DNA of 63,941 bases, counting the filler, from Rhabdomonas costata (lineage: Eukaryota): NCBI GenBank assembly GCA_019059605.1. It is 51 parts of 51 records of this genome, joined end to end, with 100 filler letters (N's around TTAATTAATTAA, not from the genome) between each part and the next. Parts side by side here need not be neighbours in the genome. Positions count along the whole stretch, not along the records: positions 52,745 to 53,896 come from JAHMHO010025882.1; positions 53,997 to 55,152 come from JAHMHO010025883.1; positions 55,253 to 56,409 come from JAHMHO010025884.1; positions 56,510 to 57,665 come from JAHMHO010025885.1; positions 57,766 to 58,921 come from JAHMHO010025886.1; positions 59,022 to 60,176 come from JAHMHO010025887.1; positions 60,277 to 61,431 come from JAHMHO010025888.1; positions 61,532 to 62,686 come from JAHMHO010025889.1; 43 more parts are not named here. One strand, 5' to 3'. The translations under genes were made by a program, and so were the position numbers. The notes under the pieces were generated by a model that searched no databases, was not told the origin of the DNA, and saw nothing but the letters and a program-made list of their open reading frames with translations. This document shows positions 52,952 to 63,941 of the stretch, piece after piece; the stretch's first letter is position 1; each line of letters begins with the position of its first letter.

Positions 52952-54727
52952 AGGCAAAAATGGGAAACACACAGAGTGTAAGCACGGAAATGACAGAACA
53001 GGAACGCTGCGGAAAAAGATGGATTAACGCACCGTAAACCACAAAATCAGATTCGGGGCAACAAGAAATAAGGTGTCAAAAACAATTCGCTTTATTCGCT
53101 CATCCAACCACACAGTCAAGACACAGAACTTCGACAAGAACGGCTCCAGTTACAGGTTACAGTGGTGGTAAAACCCGCGGATCAAGTTCCGGTCCGAGAC
53201 CACAACCTCGCGACCTGGCGTTATCCTTTTGCTATTCAACGGCAGTTAAGAGGTTGCAACTACACAATAAAAAACGGCTTTCTCTCCCACTCTCTTCAGA
53301 TCCAATTTTGAACGGCCCTATACAGACATCCTGTGGTTTACCAAAGCCCTGTATACCCCATGCTCTTGCGTTAAAGTTGTACAACGGCTACCAGATGGAG
53401 GATAGGTCCCTGGGGCACAGATCACAAATGGCTTTTCCAAACCTTCCGGGCCATTACCTAATCCACCGCTTCCTTCCTTCAACGCAGTGAACCCACGCAT
53501 CAGGACACATCGAACTAAACTGCCTGCAAAGCCCTAAACCACTGCACTGGATGACACGAACTAGAGCGCGGAAGCGAAGGAAGAGATTGACGATGTTCTA
53601 AGGTCCGCTGTCCCACGTTTCGGTGGGGTAACAAATGTCACCACAACAAAGAAAAAGAGGGAAGGAACATGGGCCTGGAGTCAAGCTACTCCAGAGCCGC
53701 GGGCTGAGTCCCATTGCACAGGTTCTGTAACATGCGGATCGACCGAAACTGCAAAGAAGAAGACGTACACGAGTCCAACAAGGGAGCCACGCGCAAAAAG
53801 CGTTCAAAATTTTCAAAATTTAACAAACTGTAATTGGCAAACCGCGGCAAAATTGGAAGGCTATAATGACAAAACCCACCAAACACTCCTAACACANNNN
53901 NNNNNNNNNNNNNNNNNNNNNNNNNNNNNNNNNNNNNNNNTTAATTAATTAANNNNNNNNNNNNNNNNNNNNNNNNNNNNNNNNNNNNNNNNNNNNGTGG
54001 GGGGGGGTCGCCTTCAGGGGAGGAGCTGCAGGAGCACTGGTCGTGCTACGGCCATCCCCCACACCAAAAGAGGAAAGAAAGGGGACCAGTGCTGTTGTGA
54101 GAGAGAAGAGCAAATGCTGACCGCGGAGCTGGCTGACCTTCAGCCTCGCAGTGATAAGGTGAACCAAGAATTGGCATGAACCCGTCTGCTTTTTTGTGGC
54201 ACACCAAAGGGGTAGGCGAGAGGCACAGGCACGAGGAGCAGCGAAAAGGGAATAACAGCAAATGCTCATGTGTAACCCATAAGAGAGATGAATCCCATCA
54301 CCTGACTGCTGGGGATGACTTGTCATCGGCGACAGCGCCCGGGGAGGTGCCAGAGGAGGAGGCGGTGATGGATGGGCCTGCTGCCCCAGTGCGCTTTGAA
54401 CTACCTGTCACCTGGAGGGGGAGAGTGCAGAAAAAAACACAGCAGGCCTTCTACTATCGGCGCGACCAGGGTGAGAAACCATTTGTGATTCCATCAACAT
54501 TTTTGTGCAGGTAACTGCGCTTGAGAATCAACAAACACACTTGCAAAGAGACCTCAGTTGGGACAGTTGGCCCAATAAAGTAAAACAAAGCCGCCCTATG
54601 TCCCTAAGTCAACGATGAAAGAAAAAGGTTCGTTGCCGTTGCTTTTAAATGGGGGGTGAGATTAATGGTACAAGCTTGTTGGAGTCTGCTGAGGTGCTTG
54701 GCTCACCCGCAGGAGCACTGCTCTGTG

Positions 54728-54970
54728 GTGTGCTGGACACATAGCGCGCTGGCTGTTGGCCGGATGGCTGGTTGGTGGTGACCACTATCGGTTGACGGGC
54801 GCGGAATAAACCTTTTGGAACGCACGGACTGCCGTGCGTCCCACATAAGTTGAACTCCCTTCTACCCATGCCGGGTCCCGGGTCTTTGCAATGCAGATAT
54901 CAATTCGAATGGCTACACGCGCTCCACCATAGCTAAAGCATCTGGAGGGGTTGCCGTGCCAGCACATCAT
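54728..54970 (-). repeat. Degenerate copy of the CCCH-finger repeat family
   Basis: 19-nt identity (54951-54969 vs 55519-55537) and ~75-bp similarity (54728-54802 vs 55837-55910) to the next, unrelated contig. Confidence 0.75.
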
Positions 54971-55120
54971 TCTGTGGTTGTGTTACTTCCATCTACCATC
55001 TTCCCCTCAATCTCCTCTTACTTGAGGCTGCCTGGATGACTCTTCCACCACGCGTCTGCAGGAACCTTCGATCCAGTGGTTTTCTTCTGCCCGCTAGCTC
55101 CCTCGCACGGAGCCACTATG

Positions 55121-55122
<2 letters not shown>

Positions 55123-55152
<30 letters not shown>
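55123..55152 (+). repeat. (TC)15 microsatellite at the contig end
   Basis: Seen directly. Confidence 0.95.
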
Positions 55153-55252
55153 NNNNNNNNNNNNNNNNNNNNNNNNNNNNNNNNNNNNNNNNNNNNTTAA
55201 TTAATTAANNNNNNNNNNNNNNNNNNNNNNNNNNNNNNNNNNNNNNNNNNNN

Positions 55253-55910
55253 GGGTGGGGGGTCAAATATGGAGTATCCACGGAGAACAGACAGCCGAGC
55301 AGGAGAAGCCGACGGCCGGAAAGGGATCCCCTAGACTCTCAGACGTGAAAGCCGCAGCCGAAAGAAGGTGCAAGACGAGCACGTGTGCCACAGGAGTGCG
55401 ATGCTGGCACGGGATAGCATGCAAGTTCCAACGGTGTCTCTTTGTGCACCCGAGGGAAGAGCACCTATAACGACAATGAACCGGGACCCGTGGGGCAGAA
55501 GGGAGGTTACCGGATTCGTGATGTGCTGGCACGGCAATCGTGTAGATACCGGTGCTGCACGTTCACCCATCCGAAAGAAAAGCTCCAAGGGGCGCTCCCG
55601 CGAGAAAAGGCCCCAACCCCCCAAGGAAGGAGTGTGGAGTTGCAGAGACCTGAGCAGCAATGGAGCAATGCAGGTAGCGGTTGGCAAAGAGCAGCTGCGC
55701 GACAATGGCCCGGGACCCGTGGGGCTGAAGGGAGGTTACCAGATGTGGAACGTTCGGCGGTGAGCCGGTTTCGGGTCCCCACGGCGCCGTTCGCTCCAAC
55801 GGCACCTCTCGCGAGTACCCGTGGCCAACAGCGCGTGCGCCCGTCAGTCCACAGCAGTCACCAACAACCAGTCAACCAGGCAACAGCCAGCGCGCCATGC
55901 GCCCAACACA
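55253..55910 (+). mobile_element. Decayed repeat encoding C-x5-C-x4-C-x3-H fingers, within a dynein intron
   Basis: CWHGIACKFQRCLFVH (55402-55449), frameshifted CWHGNR/CRYRCCTFTH, internal ~40-bp duplication; ends in (CA)n(CACT)n. Confidence 0.55.
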
Positions 55911-56103
55911 CACACACACATACACACACACACACTCACTCACTCACTCACTCACTCACTCATCAACCCCGACACATGCTTCAGGGTGGGAGGTGAACAG
56001 TCAGAAGACCACTTCCCATGCCATAACCTCGGCTCATCTCACGCGCTTATACAACAGACATACGTGCGCACCACATGCATGCGTACCACACCCCTGACCG
56101 CAG

Positions 56104-56300
56104 GTGTGGACCCGACGTCGCAGCTGCAGGGCCTGGCCGACCGAATGGGACGCAACCTCAAGTGCCTGGCGTTGGGGCAGGGACAGGCCCCGCAGGCCAC
56201 CCGGCTGATCGCCGAGCAGGCCAAGACGGGTGGTTGGGTCTTCCTTGCCAACTGCCACCTCATGCTGAGCTGGCTGCCCAAGCTGGAGAAGATCATCGAG
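56104..56300 (+). CDS. DNAH2: Axonemal dynein heavy chain AAA6 exon (inner-arm I1-beta/DNAH2-like)
   Basis: GVDPT...LALGQGQAPQA.RLI....GGWVFLANCHLMLSWLPKLEKIIE; the subtype call is less certain than the family call. Confidence 0.9.
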
Positions 56301-57928
56301 GCACACTCACCTATAACCGCAGACACATTTCCCTCTTCCTACCTTGCCTCGCCCTTTCACCTCAACTCTCCGCCGGACCCCGCTTCTCATTACCCACCAC
56401 CCCAAACACNNNNNNNNNNNNNNNNNNNNNNNNNNNNNNNNNNNNNNNNNNNNTTAATTAATTAANNNNNNNNNNNNNNNNNNNNNNNNNNNNNNNNNNN
56501 NNNNNNNNNTTCTCTCGCTGAAAGGGTGGTGTGTGTGTGTGTGTGCGTGCGTGCGTGCGGAATTTCCTCGCAAAAAAGATACAAACCATTGCTGGTCGCG
56601 TAAACCTGCAAAAGACGGTAGGGGGCACGAAAACATCGTCACTGCAAGCGTCCTGTCTTCGAGCAGCAAAGGCAACTTTCGCCAGGGCCACAGAGGGAGC
56701 GAAGGGAAAAGTTGCAGTCCAGCGGAAATGGCAGCTCGAGGTGCACACGGCAGCAACACAGCAATGTCAGGGATGGGTTCGAGGTGGGGGTGGGGTGCAC
56801 GAGACACATAAAGGACAGGTAAGCACGCACGAAAGCCCTCTGCCAGGAATAGTTACAGCGCCCACGCGCAGGCACACAGCGGTGTCATCGTGTGTGAGCG
56901 GCGAGGCCACGCGACGGCGGGAGGGCAGGATGGGAGGAGGGGGCTGCCTTACTCTTCTTCACAGTTCAGTGCGGAAACAAAAGAACGATCCGAAGAAGAG
57001 AAAGGGCGACTGGTGCGGATTCTCACAGAACCACTTCTTGTTTCCCTCCTATATCCTCTCTCGTATGTACAACTTCAGCGCAGGGCGAGGTCCGGGGCTC
57101 ACGCCAAGTAGTTGTACTTGCTCCTAATGCGACAGCGCGACAAAAAATGGAAAAAAATCTAAAGGGTACGAAGAGACAAGGGACAGATGTAAACGGAAGA
57201 TGAATCCCAGCCAAGTCACATATGGGGTTGTCGGAGCTACACAAAGGCCTTCTCCCTGACGTAATCCAATACAAAGAATGCCAATTGTATTGGGGGGGGG
57301 GTGGCGTTAAACGTTAATTGTTTAAAGGTGCTAAAGGTTTTTTTTGGATTTTTTTTTCAGATATTTGGAATTTTTGTTGCTGAGCTTTGACAAATGGAAC
57401 ATTCTTTTTATAGAGGCGAGCGACACGGCAGCAGGAGCGGTCCGCCACCCAGAAAATAATACAACGCCGCAATAAAGCCAAGTCTTTGAAGAGAAAAAGG
57501 GAAACGGAAAGGGACGGGCCGCATTCACTATGGTTGTATAGCAACAGCCAGAAGCAGTCCTGTCAAAAGCAGAGTGAGGCAGGGTGCCTGTTGGATGTGA
57601 TGCTAAGTGGCGGCGTTGTCGGTTTGCACAATGGGGTCACACATGGCGAGAGAAGTCAGATTCAGNNNNNNNNNNNNNNNNNNNNNNNNNNNNNNNNNNN
57701 NNNNNNNNNTTAATTAATTAANNNNNNNNNNNNNNNNNNNNNNNNNNNNNNNNNNNNNNNNNNNNGGTTTTGGGGGTAAGCATTTTTGTGCGCATCGGAA
57801 GGCGTTCACATCTTGTAAAAGTTTTGCAAAGCTTCTAAAGTTGCCACCCGGCTTCCCTTCCCAGCAGCCCGTTTCAATTCCATTCCAGAAGTTGTTCGTG
57901 GGGTGTCAAAGGCAGGAGGGGTGCGTAC

Positions 57929-58180
57929 CCCGTGTTGACCTCCAGGCGGGAGGCCCACTTGCTGCGCTGTGCCGCGGCGTACGCCCCGCTGCCGCATGGC
58001 CGTAGCCCAGAGTGCAGCTCCTCCTGCACTGCCAGCAGCCCCAGGGCCACGGTGCGGCACCCCAACTCGTGGGCGCACCGGTGCAGTGCCATTAATGGCT
58101 CCAGCACAGCCGCAGGGGGTCGCCGCAAGGCCAGATCGTTGGTTCCGGCCAGCAGCAGGACGGCGGTGTAGGGTTCTCCT
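57929..58180 (-). CDS. SGNH/GDSL hydrolase exon
   Basis: PYTAVLLLAGTNDLA (block III GxND)...LMALHRCAHELGCRTVAL. Confidence 0.82.
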
Positions 58181-58758
58181 CTGAGGAGGTGGGGGGAAGT
58201 CAGGTTAGGGTGAGGAGCGAAGGTTAGCAGACTGATGTTGAAATGAGCTTCGTGCTTAAGGCTGGGTGCATCCGCCTTAGGTTAGAGTAGGAGCTAGCTG
58301 TCAGCCAGAGGGTTCATCTGGATTGATGCTGTGGATGGGGGTGACGAGAGGCTTGAAGGGGCACCTGCAGAATCTGGAATAGTGGGATACGAACCTGATG
58401 AACAGTGTGCACCGACTTTGGTGTGAGTTACGGCACACCACGGTGGTGCCAGAACAGAGTGGAGAAAGTGGGAGACTTGAAACGCGGTTACCCTGAGGGT
58501 CAAGCCGCAATCGAAGAGGCGGTACGTGATGGCAACTCAAGAGCGATACCCACCCCCCCAAAGAACGCATGACAGGAGGTTACGGGGGCTGAAACTCGAC
58601 CCCCCCCCCGTATACCACGTGGTTCACACGTGTTCCAATAAATGGATATCAGGGTGCAGCAGGTAATGAAGTACCGGGGAACTTTCCCGCCCACACATTC
58701 CACCGCTTCGGCCGCGCCGCGGACTGGCCTCCACCAAAAAAAAATTCAGTCCCTTTTG

Positions 58759-58890
58759 TACGGCGATCTCCTGGGAACCGTTCATTGCCTTCGGTGGCAA
58801 TGAAGCCCAGAGATACTTCGTTGTATTAGAATCCCAAGGGACATGATGATGACCCAAGCACCCCGCCAGGGTCGAAACGCCAGTCACTCC
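58759..58890 (+). ncRNA. Structured RNA: long UUCG-capped hairpin plus degenerate minimal hammerhead-like motif
   Basis: TACGGCGA/TCGTTGTA, CTGGG/CCCAG and TTCATTGCC/GGCAATGAA stems; then aTGATGAT-GACCC..GGGTC-GAAAC-GCCA-GTC. Confidence 0.45.
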
Positions 58891-59075
58891 AGTAAGACAT
58901 CAGACCATCCAGCTGCTCAACNNNNNNNNNNNNNNNNNNNNNNNNNNNNNNNNNNNNNNNNNNNNTTAATTAATTAANNNNNNNNNNNNNNNNNNNNNNN
59001 NNNNNNNNNNNNNNNNNNNNNTGTTGGGGGGAGAGAAGGGAGGAGGTTGGACGAGGACGGGAGAAGTGCAACTGC

Positions 59076-60176
59076 TCAGCGGGGTTTGCTGAGTAAGGGG
59101 TTGGAGGGCGTGCTTATCTGCAGCATCACAAACAGCGTGCCAAAGCCGAAGACAATGCTGTGCTGAGCCGGCACGTTCACGGGGATCTTCGCAAGGTCGA
59201 TGGACTGAAATTTCAGAACGGAGTGGTCACCTCACGGAAGCGGCATATCGACGGAACCTCTCCGAGATGAGTTAGTTTTGCAGTTCTCGACTTCTGGAGC
59301 TAGTCCCTCGCTTCACAAAAGCAAACCTGAGATTTCTTCCTGCTCGGGTGTATGTAGGTTTCCGAGAATCTACCGGATCACGGAAGGAAACCTTTTGAAA
59401 TGCGAATGTCGTCATTATCACTGTTCATCTTTTCACAATCACCTTCACACAGCATCCAAGACGTGTCAAAAGAAGAGCCGCCGAGTAGGAAGCGGAGAAA
59501 GACTCCAATCTCCATACACATATCTCCATACACTCTTCGGCGCAGTGTGATCTGAGTTTTTTGGTTTATGCGCCCGCCCCCATTCATCGCAGTGGTCTCT
59601 TCCCATTTCTGGCGTCATTGTTGTGTTGTGTTTTTTCTGTGTTATCAGGAGCGGAAATACAGACCGCCTTGGCGGGTTCCTGACTTTGTCCGTTTATGTT
59701 ACCGGTACTTCGGTTCAACAAGCTCGCAGTGATTAAGGGCCGGAGGTGCAACGACCGACAGCGAGCTTTAATAAAGGAAGCCCCTGAAAAACCCTCCCTT
59801 CAGAATTTTCACGCAGACAAGGACAACGGGGAAGCTTCTTTTACTTAATCTTGCCTTTGCCGAAAAAAGAAAAGTCCCCCTCTCCAAACCATTAGCGCCA
59901 AGGCTGTGTTCCGCATCAATCCGACAGCCTCGAGCTCCAGCCGCAGCACCATCTCCGAGGGGGAGGTAGCCCCCTGAGGGAGGACCAGCTGCCAGCCTTC
60001 GCCCCAGCAGGCCCTAGCCGCTCCATCCCGGACGACGGCGGTGGTGCAGCCGGTGCGAATGGGCCGGGAGGAGGACCGTGGGCCCATCCGGAGGGCGACC
60101 CGAAAAGGGCGGCCGAGGTGACCGTGGATGTGCTCCGTGGCAAGAGAGACCTCAAGTGTGGAGATCTGAACCACTC
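59076..60176 (-). CDS. C2-domain protein, last two exons (contig end-59890, 59204-59076)
   Basis: PFRVALRMG...RTGCT...ACWGE..LRLELEAVGLMRNTALALM|SIDLAKIP....FGTLFVMLQI; phase-0 join and stop. Confidence 0.65.
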
Positions 60177-60352
60177 NNNNNNNNNNNNNNNNNNNNNNNN
60201 NNNNNNNNNNNNNNNNNNNNTTAATTAATTAANNNNNNNNNNNNNNNNNNNNNNNNNNNNNNNNNNNNNNNNNNNNCACAGGAACGTAACTTTTCTAGTT
60301 CCTTCTGAATTTTTGGCTATTTCGCGCCGGTGGTGACCGCGCGGGTGGCGTG

Positions 60353-61395
60353 ATGGCTGCCGCGCCCTGGCACCGGTACGTTCCCGTCCGGCAGCTGGGC
60401 CGGGGTTCCTTTGGGGACGTTTCGCTGTGTGATGGAGTCCCCTCTCATGGTGGGCATGAGGTCAGCGGGGGAGGGATGGTGGCTGCCCTCGCAATCATTT
60501 CAATCCTTTTGAAGACCGCAAGGCCTAGCGTTTCTCTTGGGGTCATTGGGCTGGTCGGAATCGCCGCTGTGCTGGTGTTTTTGGTCTGGTCTTATGCTCT
60601 TGCTTTGTTGTGTTTGTGGTCTTTTACGAATTTGTGTGCAATCCGAACAACTTTTCTACTCGTGATTCGCCGGGGGCGTGTATGTGTATGTGTGTGTGCG
60701 CGTTGAGATGGAGGGTGGAGCAACGTATAAGTACTCACTGCTGTAGATGGGGGCAAATACAGCAGTCACTATCGTCCTCGTCAAAGCCGTTGCACTTTGC
60801 ACTTCATCGCACATTTTTCCTCGGGTGAAAGTAGAAAAGCCTTCAGTCCCACAACACCCCGAGGCATAGGACAAACTCTCATTAGGGATTAGGGAACGAG
60901 CTGACCAATTCGTTCCTCAGCAGTGCTCTCTGTCCTCGGCTTTGTGATTGTGTCGAGGAATGATGTGTGTATGCATTTAGTGGATGTGGGTTGGGTCACA
61001 TTGTCCCGTGGGCGCAAGCGTAGGGCAGCCTATGACCCTTGCATCCTTTTTAGGGATCGTCTGAATCAGTTTCAAGATTTTCAAAGGAATGAGATGCAGC
61101 TGATAAGCGACGGGCGTAGGATTACCCCCATACCTCCATACCCACGTGCCACAGCACCACAGGACATCGCACGTGCACACGGTGGGTGGGTTGTGTGGTG
61201 GTTCATCCTCAATGCATTGCACCAGTAGTTTGTGTGGGAGTGCGTCTGACATTGCAGGGACAGTTTGCGGTGAAGAGGGCCGCGCTCAGCGGGCGGAGCT
61301 CGGTGCAGCAGGCCCAGGCCCTGGCCGAGGTGGACACCCTGGCGCTGCTCAGGCACCCCAACGTGGTCCGAATTATGGAATTCTTTCTGGATCGG
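60353..61395 (+). CDS. NEK/NIMA-like Ser/Thr kinase, first exons (60353-60460, 61258-61395)
   Basis: YVPVRQLGRGSFGDV | FAVKR...ALAEVDTLALLRHPNVVRIMEFF. Confidence 0.9.
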
Positions 61396-61802
61396 GTGTG
61401 GGTGCACGATGCACCACCCCCCACCCCCCCCNNNNNNNNNNNNNNNNNNNNNNNNNNNNNNNNNNNNNNNNNNNNTTAATTAATTAANNNNNNNNNNNNN
61501 NNNNNNNNNNNNNNNNNNNNNNNNNNNNNNNGTTGTGTTGGCTCTACTTCCTCTCCTGGTTTTTCCAAGAATGACAGTCTTGAGGGATTCGGAAAAACCA
61601 GGAGAGGAAGTAGAGCGAACACAACGTATGCATCACCCCATGCCTCCTTGAAAATCCACTCCGCTAAATCATCAGCACCGAGCAATGCTCACATTAACAT
61701 TAATGACAGGAGTGGAGGGAGACGGTCAAAGGACTGGGCTGTGTTGCATTCTCAGGGGACTCATTATGCGCGAGCGATTCTGAGGACGGCGTGGGTGGGA
61801 AC

Positions 61803-62015
61803 CTGGTTGTCTCCCAGCTTCAGCCTTTGGAGGGCTGGGCGCCCGCTCCGCAGCATGTCCCTCACCAAGCCACAGGTGTTGTCCCCGACGCGGTTGCCCA
61901 AGAGCTCCACCGCCCGCAGCCCGGGCAGTGCCGCGGTAATCAGGTGCAGTACCAGGGAGCCACGCTGGTCATCCAGCTCGCCAAAATTGTAGCTCAGGCT
62001 CTCCACCTCCCGAAG
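61803..62015 (-). CDS. RNI-like leucine-rich-repeat protein exon
   Basis: LRAVELLGNRVGDNTC..LQRLKLGDNQ; CAG acceptor and AG|GT donor. Confidence 0.75.
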
Positions 62016-63134
62016 CTGTGCGTGCGCAGGGACCGGTCCCGTAAGAAGATCACTGAAGTGCTGGCGGGCTGGTTACATGGTTTACCAGTAGCCTGGTACC
62101 GCAGCAGCGGGACCAGCGAGACGCAGACAGGAAAAGTCTAGAAAACTTGTCAAGGGATGCCGATGAACCTAAGAAACCGAGGCAACGAAGATGAGGGCGG
62201 GCACACTGCGCTGTAGGAGAGTGGACATAGATCAAAAGTGCAGCATTTGCTCAGAAAACAAAGTCTGAGCGAGAAAACAACACCCACTTCTGCAAGAAAC
62301 ACGCGCTGAGTGGTGAGAACTTGAAATCGAACTTGAATTGCTGGGAATGCTGCAGAGTCGGGGATCAGGGCTTACGAATCAGAAAGCATGAACGAGCACC
62401 ATCTGGCATCAAACGAAGGCACACGAAATTTTGGCTTTTGCTGTTTACAAATGCTCTACGTGTAACACTGCTATGTAAAACATGCCTGAACTCACTAGAT
62501 AATGCTACTTGCCGATTTGTGTTATGTTTTTCATCCTCCCTCTCAAATACAACGGCCTCCAAACGGAAGATGAACAACAGCGCGGGGGGGGGGGGGAAGG
62601 CGCAAACAGACCCTTTAACCGTATAAAAACCCTTGAATTCTATTCTCAACAGCACGTGGCGGTGGCCACACACCAGGGGGGCCATANNNNNNNNNNNNNN
62701 NNNNNNNNNNNNNNNNNNNNNNNNNNNNNNTTAATTAATTAANNNNNNNNNNNNNNNNNNNNNNNNNNNNNNNNNNNNNNNNNNNNGGGGGGTGTGAAAG
62801 TGCCCTGAGACTAAGTGGGCAAAGGGGGAACAGAGGAAGTTGTTCTGCAAAGTGCCAGGTGTACGGCGGAGCTGCCTGCAAAGGGTGAAGTATGGCTTGC
62901 AATGAGTACGCCTGGATTTTGCATGGGCGCGGAATGGGTGGGGTGTAGGAAAGGAGCGGAGTCTGAGTGTGTTAGCATGAAGAGCATTTGGAAAGTTCCT
63001 CGGAGGCTCTGGATCTTCTGGGTCGGTCCCTGCCAAGTGATTGTTCCGCTTTAGGGCCACAAGATGTGATCCCCAGTGGCAGAACCCATGCACCTCGATT
63101 CCCCCATGCCATTCTCTCTCTCTCTCGACTGCAG

Positions 63135-63605
63135 CCGCCCGGCGTGGCCATTTCGCAGCTGGCGCAGCAGAGGCCATGCGTGCAGGGCGGTGGAGCTCGC
63201 TGGTACTGTTTGCACGCCCGGGGCGTTGTGTGCGTGATTGTGAGTGGTGTGGGCAGGCAAGTGGGTGCACGGATGTCCTTGCTTTCTTCAACTGCATTTG
63301 TGGTGCACCGATCGACAGTGGCTGTGGTCGTGTTGTGGTTGCCTGCTGGTGCTTTGCTGTTGTGTGGGACTCTAAGTCCCTGAAGTGTGCGTCCATACTT
63401 TTTTGTTTCTAGTTGTGTTGTTGTTTTTCAAATTATTCTGTTTGAGATGCTGAGTTGGTGTGTGTCCACGTCTGTATACTTGCAAGCAATCTATCGCTGA
63501 CCCTTATCATACCCCCGATGTGTGGACGTGCGTCTCCCCAACAGCGGAGTCCCTCCTCTGCCCGTTGTGGAGCTGACCTGGGACCCGACCTGCGCTCTTT
63601 GCCAG
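63135..63605 (+). CDS. Hypothetical protein, two short exons (63135-63202, 63545-63605)
   Basis: Phase-compatible GT-AG join; no family recognised. Confidence 0.3.
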
Positions 63606-63941
63606 GTCCTTGCCAGATTCTTCCATGCCCTTTCACTGTCCGGCTCGAACACAATCACTACGAACACACAAGCGTACACACACAACACACCCCAGAGCAA
63701 CCGTAAGGTAAAAAAAGGCAGCACCAGGACTTCACCTAAGGCGAAGTCCCACCAAAATCATCATAATCGACGTGGACCTCTTGCATCTTTGGGGGGGGGG
63801 GGTCGTTAAAACCTCAGCACCACCCAACCCGTGAAACGTCACAAACCGATGCTCCCGCGCCGGCCGCGCCGAGAACTGGCCTCTGCGCCTTTGGGCTCCG
63901 CTCCTTGATACTGTCCCGTTTGTTTGCCAAAACCCAAAAAA

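Noticed and set aside
54728-55910. Large inverted repeat across the spacer at 55153-55252
   Set aside because: The copies are on different contigs, so their relative orientation and adjacency are arbitrary. Kept only as a dispersed repeat.
1145-62786. Regularly spaced TTAATTAATTAA as a CRISPR-like array or biological repeat
   Set aside because: Embedded in fixed N44 runs; it is an all-frame-stop assembly linker.
1-63941. Most contigs start G/T-rich and end A/C-rich, and all are about 1.15 kb, suggesting telomere-capped nanochromosomes
   Set aside because: The polarity is opposite to telomeres, there is no fixed repeat unit, and genes are cut mid-exon. Best explained by low-quality read ends and length-sorted contigs.

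Overview
This is not one contiguous locus. It is 51 unrelated contigs of about 1.15 kb joined by 50 artificial spacers (N44-TTAATTAATTAA-N44), so adjacency across spacers has no biological meaning. The DNA comes from an intron-rich eukaryote, with short GC3-rich exons and mostly GT-AG introns. It is very probably a euglenid, because a cytochrome c first exon (MADIERGKRLFEARALQ) has Ala where the first heme Cys should be, the euglenozoan AxxCH signature. An axonemal dynein exon shows the organism is flagellated. Recognisable gene fragments: AMACR/CaiB, Mex67/NXF1, eIF2-alpha, GPR107-like, KH, WD40, NT-C2, SDR, alpha-kinase, CLPTM1, RPAP2-like, a bacterial-type 6TM cyclase anchor, F-box, LamG, CCCH, Kelch pseudogene, cytochrome c, DNAH2-like, SGNH, C2, NEK kinase and LRR. 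The most interesting accessory signals are (1) a decayed retroelement with a DIRS-type N6-adenine methyltransferase (NPPW) directly upstream of a polypurine tract and a TG...CA LTR, (2) a structured RNA with a UUCG hairpin and a degenerate Penelope-type hammerhead, (3) a dispersed repeat encoding Nab2-type CCCH fingers, and (4) several fold-back or MITE-like inverted repeats. All protein calls are by motif recognition from memory; no database searches were run.
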